From the NCBI GenBank assembly GCA_900759005.1, contig CAAEUQ010000029.1, forward strand, positions 1-58,451: a stretch of DNA of 58,451 nucleotides. The letters are read 5' to 3'. Made by a program: the position numbers and the translations under genes. This document shows, piece after piece, positions 54,001 through 58,451 of the stretch (position 1 is the stretch's first letter; each line of letters starts with the position of its first letter). The stretch comes from Clostridia bacterium (GTDB lineage: Bacteria; Bacillota; Clostridia; Christensenellales; Aristaeellaceae). The notes beneath the pieces are model-generated. The model searched no databases and had not been told where the DNA came from. It was given only the letters and a program-made list of their open reading frames with translations.

Positions 54001-56638
54001 CGCCGAAGGTAACGTTCTCAATGTGATCCGGCGCAGCCGTGCCGCCCTCGGCGTACACGTACTTGACCGTGAGCGTGAATACATTCTTCTTGTAATAGAC
54101 CTTGATCACATTCTCGCCGGTGCCGATGGTCAGCGGAAGGTTTTCGGTCTTTTCGAGCACGTAGCCCTGAGGACACTTGTCGGTATACGAATTGATAACC
54201 GTGCCGAAGTCTGCCTTGCCGGTTTCGGTCAGGCGATCATTCTTCACGCCGTCGATATAGTATTCGACGCGGTAATCATACTGATTGACCTTCCACTGCG
54301 CATAGAGATGATTGCCGTCGCCTTCCAGACGCGCCGCGTCGTCCGCCGCAAATGCGATACCGGCGCCATCCGCTTTCGTGTTCCAGCCGTTAAAGGTGTA
54401 GCCGGTGCGCTCGGGCAGTTTGGTATCCGCATAGGGCTTCACGGTAATCGCGTCGTTATTGAGCAGTTCGCTCACGGTAAAGGTCTTGTCCTCGCCGAAA
54501 TTCGAATGATAAACCAGCGAAACGGTTTCGCCCTTATCGCCCCATATGGCTTTGAGCTTAACGTTTTGGGTCATTACGATTTCGTCGTTCGGATAAACCT
54601 CCTCGCCGCTCTCGGTCTCCCAATAGAGGAACAGCTTTCCTTCATTGGTAAATCCGTTCGCCTTCGCGTCCGCGACCGCATTCTTGGCATATTTGCGGTT
54701 ATCGACCGTGCTGCCGCCCGTGGCGCCGTTGCCGTCATAGATCACGGTAAACGCGTTCTTGCTGTCGACCTTCGCGACGAGATCATAATTGCGGGTGATC
54801 TTCGTATTGAAATGGAACGGCTTGCCGTTTTCCTTCTCTACCCAGCCGAGGAACTCGCCGCCTTCCAGCGTCACTTTGTCCACGGGCATTTTGTCGCTGC
54901 TGATCTCATCGTTCTTAGTGACGGTGAACTCGCCGATCTTCGTCGTTTTGTCCGCATCGTAAACGGTTACGGTGTAGGTCGGTGCAACCCACTTCGCGTA
55001 GAGCGTGATGTTCTGCGCGGGCATGGTCTTGCCCGTGAAGACGAACTTTTCGCCTTCACCCAGCTCGTTGTCGTACCAGCCGGCGAAAACGTAATCGCTC
55101 TTGTCGCCGCCCAGATTGTTTTCAGGCTTAAAGTCCTTATCCGCAAGGCTCTGCTGATATTTGACGGAATCGGTTTTCACCGGCTGAGCATTGCTCACGA
55201 AGAAGATATTGTAGCTGTTACGGTCGTAGTAGAACTTAGCCCCGTTGTAATTCGCGCCGTTTTTCGCGCTTTTCTGAGTATTGCAGGTGAAGCCGGTGAT
55301 GTCGTAACGGTCTTCCTTGGTTACGGTCGAGTTCCAGTCCGCACCCGTATCCGTATGATCAAGCACATAGTTTCCGTTCAGGTCTTCCTTATAATAGTAA
55401 GCCTTTGCGGAACCCTGATTCGTCTCATAGAATTCATCGCCGTCCAAAGGCATTACGTCAATATTCGCCTGAAAGGTGGTGCTGTTCGCACTGATCTTCC
55501 ACGTGCCGCCCGGCCACTTGTCCGAGATGTTCTCGCCATACTTCGCGGTGATTCTCTTGGAGGTATCTTCATCATACCCCCAATAAGAGCGCACATAGAA
55601 CTTCACTTCGTACACATTGCGCGTATAGTACACCTTCACGATCGTGGAGCCGTCGCCCGCAATCTCTTTCTGGGTGATCGTCTGCGCGGTGAAGCCCTGA
55701 TAGTTCTTCGCGGTTGCTCTGGTCTTCGTGCCAGTCGTGCCGGTCTTGGTTTCGATATCCGCGCTGGAGTACTTGTCATCGTCCGCGTTCTCCAGGAAGT
55801 GAATGACGGTATAGCTCGTTTTCTCCGCCGTCCACTTCGCGTACACAGTCGTCGCGGAAGTGATTTTGTTAAAATCCGCGGCCTGCGTAAGCGCTTTGTC
55901 CAGATACCAGCCGGCGAAGGTATAGCCGGGGCGCGTGGGCGCAACGGGCGCTTTCGCGGCAGAGCCGTTTGCAAAGAACTCGGGCGCGACGTACGTGCCG
56001 CCGTTCGATTCAAACGTAATCCAATAGCCCTTTTCGACCTTCGGGTACAGCGTCACATTCGCATTCGCAATCGTAACGCTTTCGACCTTCGTGGTAAGAT
56101 CCTTGTCCAGATACCATCCGGTGATGGATTCGTCGGACGCCACGCCGAAGGTCACGTCTTCAAACGTGACCGAATCTCCGTTTACTCCCGTCTTGGTCGC
56201 AATGACGCGCGCGTCCGCGCCCGTGCCGTCCATGAAAAAGACATAGTAAACATCTTCGTACATCGCATAGCACTTAAACGTCGCATTGTCTTCTACGATG
56301 ACAGCGCCCGCGTCGATCGCGAGCTGCGCGCCGTTTTCGTCCGTCCAGCCGACGAACTTCTTGCCGTCGATCGCTTCAACGGCGGGCAGGCGCAGCGTTT
56401 CGCCATGCTTCAGAATCTGCTTCGAACCGGCGATTTCGTTGCCATTGATATCATAGAAGATATATGTATGGTACTTGCTATCATCCGGCTTGATGATGCT
56501 CAGCAAACTCACCGACGGCTGCGACGCGGCGGTCGATCCCGCCTGCGCAATCTCCGCAAACGCGGACGATGGCAGCACGCTGATCAGCATCATCACGACC
56601 AGCAGATACGCCATGAATCTTCTCAACTTGAGCTTCAT
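51080..56638 (-). CDS. Giant secreted surface protein: Listeria-Bacteroides (InlB B-type) repeats, MucBP-like modules, multiple MBG-type repeats
   Basis: Signal peptide MKLKLRRFMAYLLVVMMLISVLPSSAFAE after a GGAGG RBS. At least 7 motifs of the type GYTFAGWY...TVYAKW, and repeated ...VYDGKALT / TYDGEAHG... modules. No LPXTG plus TM tail, no S-layer homology, no choline-binding or other recognisable anchor. Confidence 0.85.
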   Translation of the reverse strand: MKLKLRRFMAYLLVVMMLISVLPSSAFAEIAQAGSTAASQPSVSLLSIIKPDDSKYHTYIFYDINGNEIAGSKQILKHGETLRLPAVEAIDGKKFVGWTDENGAQLAIDAGAVIVEDNATFKCYAMYEDVYYVFFMDGTGADARVIATKTGVNGDSVTFEDVTFGVASDESITGWYLDKDLTTKVESVTIANANVTLYPKVEKGYWITFESNGGTYVAPEFFANGSAAKAPVAPTRPGYTFAGWYLDKALTQAADFNKITSATTVYAKWTAEKTSYTVIHFLENADDDKYSSADIETKTGTTGTKTRATAKNYQGFTAQTITQKEIAGDGSTIVKVYYTRNVYEVKFYVRSYWGYDEDTSKRITAKYGENISDKWPGGTWKISANSTTFQANIDVMPLDGDEFYETNQGSAKAYYYKEDLNGNYVLDHTDTGADWNSTVTKEDRYDITGFTCNTQKSAKNGANYNGAKFYYDRNSYNIFFVSNAQPVKTDSVKYQQSLADKDFKPENNLGGDKSDYVFAGWYDNELGEGEKFVFTGKTMPAQNITLYAKWVAPTYTVTVYDADKTTKIGEFTVTKNDEISSDKMPVDKVTLEGGEFLGWVEKENGKPFHFNTKITRNYDLVAKVDSKNAFTVIYDGNGATGGSTVDNRKYAKNAVADAKANGFTNEGKLFLYWETESGEEVYPNDEIVMTQNVKLKAIWGDKGETVSLVYHSNFGEDKTFTVSELLNNDAITVKPYADTKLPERTGYTFNGWNTKADGAGIAFAADDAARLEGDGNHLYAQWKVNQYDYRVEYYIDGVKNDRLTETGKADFGTVINSYTDKCPQGYVLEKTENLPLTIGTGENVIKVYYKKNVFTLTVKYVYAEGGTAAPDHIENVTFGEDYSVASPTIPGYVADKSKVSGTMPEKNVTKTVTYSKRTDLSYTVYYYLNGTEYAVVDSKTVPNQTFNAKATEKPAAIEGYTPVSTANQSITIGVGENKIVFYYYKNVTLNANSATTLYDGSAHSVEGFAISGELSAYKADFSAIKVDANGTKANTYPANFANGTVGKIDATKKYIVVAANNGTLTIKQREVVLTSDGATKVYDGKALTRPNVTVSGDGFVEGEVTSVTATGSITNVGKIDNAIEYVKGEKFDADNYTIEVKEGKLEVTPVTAEVVVKIAGNTKTETYNGTEKTVTGYQVASISNSLYKESDFEYKAGKDVATETDAGKYMMGLAAEDFHNLNGNFENVTFEVTNGWLEILPAAITITAKDNTVEYDGKAHGEIGYDATATVKNQTIESVTIDGSKIDAGKYDGLLVPHDAKIVDADGNDVTRNYAIAYVPGTLEITKRGAGEAKVKVIANDNTVTYDGEAHGENGYTTERLAEGHRVETVTIDGSKIDVGKYDGLLVPHDAKIVDADDNDVTKNYVITYVPNTLTINPVVDKVTVTIVGNTRTETYDGIEKTAEGYQVMSISNPLYKASDFEFTGKASVSGTDADHYDMGLKASDFANVSKNFENVEFIVTDGGLTINPRKVTLTSASDKKVYDGTPLTNSTVNVTDDGFATGEGATYDVTGSQLNVDKSENTFTYTLNEGTKAKNYEIETEFGKLEVTPVTDKVTVTIVGKTKTETYDGAAHTASGYDAASSNPLYTESCYEFGGSALVEGIHAGEYPMNLKAEDFKNISENFTNVEFVIGKEGRLTIEQRMLVITAGSYEGDYDAQWHEVGYTADGLADTDTITALEMKDNRILKPGTLTANFLPETLRITHENGSDSTGDYRVEYAPGTLTVNTVIVKYRVQYYYDGVLFGGLTEEGTGEVLTEITQYIDKPRDMMFDHVDNFPLTLGLNEEENVIRVYYVHIPLTGYLGAHNVGDCIE
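52400..52950 (-). repeat. Two tandem 273-bp (91-aa) MBG-type repeat units inside the adhesin gene (approximate bounds)
   Basis: A 32-nt identical string TCCACGATCTTCGCGTCGTGCGGAACGAGCAG occurs at 52455-52486 and 52728-52759 with high flanking identity. The protein reads ...SVTIDGSKIDAGKYDGLLVPHDAKIVDADGNDVT / ...TVTIDGSKIDVGKYDGLLVPHDAKIVDADDNDVT. Confidence 0.85.
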
Positions 56639-56692
56639 TCCGTTTCCTCCTAAACTCAGCGCTTTGTTCTGATTCATATTGCTCGAAGCGAA

Positions 56693-57910
56693 TTATCCGA
56701 GCGTCAGCTGCACGCGCCAGATATTGCTCGCATTGCTTTCGGAAGCGACGATCGAAAGCGTCGTTCCAAACGCACCTTCAACATTCGTCCAATCGCCGCC
56801 GGGCGTTTGGGTCTGCCACTGAATCTCCGCGCCGGAAAGCGCTTCGGGGATGTGGGCGACCAGCGTCACGCTATCGCCATAGGCGACGGAATCGCCTTCG
56901 AAGCGGAACGTGATTTCAATCGCATTCACGAGCGACTTGAAGTCTTCCTCGGTCATGCCGGTCTGTTCTTCGGCGGGCACTTCTTCAGGCGCTTCGACCG
57001 CCGCTTCCGGCTCGACCAGATAGGCGCTCATCGCGGTGTAGACCTCGCCGTCAATCAGCAAGTACGCCCAGCGATCGCCCTTTTCAATCACGCGGACGGT
57101 ATCGCCCGTTTCGAGGCGGCCGCTGACCGTTCCGTTATAGACGCTTCTGAAATTCAGCGCAGGACCGGAAGTCTTCACGACGTACTTCTTCGTGGATACG
57201 GTTTCACCCGTCGAGATGCGGACGACGCTGCCCTCGTCGCCTACCTTATACTTGACCTTGCGCTGCTCGCTCGTCTTCGTCTCGGGATCGATGATCACGG
57301 CGGGGATTACGCCATTGTTCAGGAACGAGGACTTCGAAAGCCCCATGCCGTTATAGATGAACGGGCCCGCGCCGGTCGAACCCTCGACCTGCTTGGCGTA
57401 TTCCATGCGGACATAGCCTTCGACGATGCCGATCAGCGAGCCGTCCTCATAGGCGAACGCAACGCGCAGCCACGCGTCATCGCCCGAGCCCAGGCGCTCG
57501 AAGACATATAAATAGGAAGAGGAAGTGAACTGACCGATGCGCGTCGCATCCGAGATCACGGGCTCGGTATAGGCGAACACGCCGCCCTCGACCAGCGCAT
57601 AGCCCGCATTCACGGCCGGCGTTTCCTCTTCCGGCTTGTGGGTGGGCGCTTCCGTCGGTTCTTCGGCGGGCGCTTCCGTGGGCGTCTCCGTCGGGGTTTC
57701 CGCGGGCGCTTCCGTGGGCGTCTCCGTCGGGGCTTCCGCGGGCGTCTCCGTCGGCTCGTGTGCCGGTGCTTCCGTCGGCTCGTGTACCGGTGCTTCGGAG
57801 ACTTCCGCAACAGGTGTTTCCGCGGGCGATTCCTCTGCAAGCGCGCCGACGAAACTCATCAGCAGCGCCAGAACCAGCAAAATCGCCATTCGTTTACATG
57901 TTTTAGACAT
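56693..57910 (-). CDS. Secreted protein with Pro/Thr/Glu/Ala-rich linker, two SH3b-like domains and a C-terminal Ig-like domain
   Basis: Signal peptide MSKTCKRMAILLVLALLMSFVGALAEE (GGAGG 8 nt upstream of ATG 57910). (TEAP/TETP)n linker. SH3b-like GDDAWLRVAF and GDRWAYLLIDGEVY. C-terminal EIQWQTQTPGGDWTNVEGA. Confidence 0.7.
   Translation of the reverse strand: MSKTCKRMAILLVLALLMSFVGALAEESPAETPVAEVSEAPVHEPTEAPAHEPTETPAEAPTETPTEAPAETPTETPTEAPAEEPTEAPTHKPEEETPAVNAGYALVEGGVFAYTEPVISDATRIGQFTSSSYLYVFERLGSGDDAWLRVAFAYEDGSLIGIVEGYVRMEYAKQVEGSTGAGPFIYNGMGLSKSSFLNNGVIPAVIIDPETKTSEQRKVKYKVGDEGSVVRISTGETVSTKKYVVKTSGPALNFRSVYNGTVSGRLETGDTVRVIEKGDRWAYLLIDGEVYTAMSAYLVEPEAAVEAPEEVPAEEQTGMTEEDFKSLVNAIEITFRFEGDSVAYGDSVTLVAHIPEALSGAEIQWQTQTPGGDWTNVEGAFGTTLSIVASESNASNIWRVQLTLG
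57620..57840 (-). repeat. Coding minisatellite (PT-rich linker)
   Basis: Direct repeats on the plus strand include GGGCGCTTCCGTGGGCGTCTCCGTCGGGG.TTCCGCG twice and GTGCTTCCGTCGGCTCGTGT.CCG twice. All three frames of both strands are open here. Confidence 0.8.
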
Positions 57911-58245
57911 CTTTATTTCCTCCAATCTAAAATTTAGTTATCATATCATGCTCAAATTATACCACTACGCGTTTTATTTGGCAAGTATAGTTATGTGCAT
58001 GTAATCACTTATATTAGTTTGCGGTTCATACACTCTACAAAACCACAAAACATTGCTTTTTTGCGGATTTTTGCCCAGATATGGTAGTTTTCACGCATAT
58101 CTTCGCCGTATTTTGAGCGCGATTCGAGAGCGAATTCACGCTTGAACAGGTTTTATTTATGAATACAGCGCCGTCCTAATGATAAAATTCACAATAATTT
58201 TACGCTATGTTCGCATTACTTGTGGACGCGGCAGCACTTGGGCAT

Positions 58246-58280
58246 ACAAAAAGCGCCCGCGGGGAATTCCCCGCGGGCGC
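58246..58280 (-). terminator. Intrinsic terminator of glyQS
   Basis: Perfect 28-nt palindrome GCGCCCGCGGGGAATTCCCCGCGGGCGC (58253-58280). On the minus strand it is followed by TTTTTGT. Confidence 0.85.
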
Positions 58281-58293
58281 ATATGAATTTGGA

Positions 58294-58451
58294 TCAGAAA
58301 TCGATCTTTTCGCGCAGCCAGTTCTCCAGATCGGCGATTGCGACGGTCTCCTGCTGCATCGTGTCGCGGTCGCGAACGGTGACATTGCCGGTGGACTCGG
58401 TATCGAAATCCACGCAGATGCAATAGGGCGTGCCGATTTCGTCCTGACGGC
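58294..58451 (-). CDS. glyQS: Glycine--tRNA ligase, C-terminal end (partial, runs off the window)
   Basis: The minus strand reads [51 protein letters not shown]. The [12 protein letters not shown]...VT.RDRDT motif is the class II anticodon-binding end typical of GlyRS. Confidence 0.7.
   Translation of the reverse strand, partial: RQDEIGTPYCICVDFDTESTGNVTVRDRDTMQQETVAIADLENWLREKIDF

Noticed and set aside
51023-56653. A 1876-aa ORF on the plus strand exactly opposite the adhesin gene.
   Set aside because: It is codon-aligned antisense to the minus-strand gene (51080 minus 51023 is a multiple of 3). Its stops would therefore correspond to sense codons TTA, CTA and TCA, which this GC-rich gene simply never uses. 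The product is Arg/Val/Ala-rich with no signal peptide, RBS or recognisable domain. The minus-strand product has a signal peptide and known repeat families. It is a shadow ORF.

Overview
This is a 58.4 kb, GC-rich (roughly 60%) bacterial chromosomal segment. The features look Firmicutes/Clostridia-like: GGAGG ribosome-binding sites, a Cheo-type LexA box, lipoprotein signal peptides and a recJ-rel-dtd-MBL-hemZ gene order. This taxonomic placement is inference only. Most of the window is ordinary housekeeping and transport. It contains msrC-greA; the recJ-relA-dtd-MBL hydrolase-hemZ-cyclophilin string; dapF; a complete livJHMGF operon; a GH2 plus sugar ABC transporter locus with an ArsR-like regulator; azlCD; larE-larB-larC; SOS-regulated dinB; a polar amino-acid ABC transporter; csoR-copA; and the 3' end of glyQS. 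No rRNA, tRNA, CRISPR array, integrase, transposase or recognisable defence system is visible. Four things are not explained by ordinary annotation. (1) A dispersed, modular hairpin repeat (family A) occurs at five or more loci. Its perfect stems differ between copies only by paired substitutions. Every copy sits in the same polarity against the 3' end of a gene, and several copies supply the last codons or the stop codon. (2) A second repeat, MITE-like (family B), has two copies, one with 15-bp terminal inverted repeats flanked by TTAA. (3) A roughly 0.55 kb gene-less tract of degenerate tandem repeats lies between a GH78-like gene and recJ. (4) A three-gene surface-protein locus encodes an SH3b/PT-linker protein, a 1852-aa B-repeat/MBG adhesin with no recognisable wall anchor, and an orphan family-5 solute-binding protein. 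Smaller points are a decayed ABC ATPase pseudogene, a copA-copZ in-frame fusion that keeps an internal SD+ATG, a dual CsoR operator, larEBC without larA followed by a Cys/His-rich secreted protein, a small alarmone hydrolase-like HD gene translationally coupled to a membrane protein, and a Gfo/Idh/MocA plus two TIM-barrel cluster. All protein calls rest on motif recognition by eye. No database search was possible.
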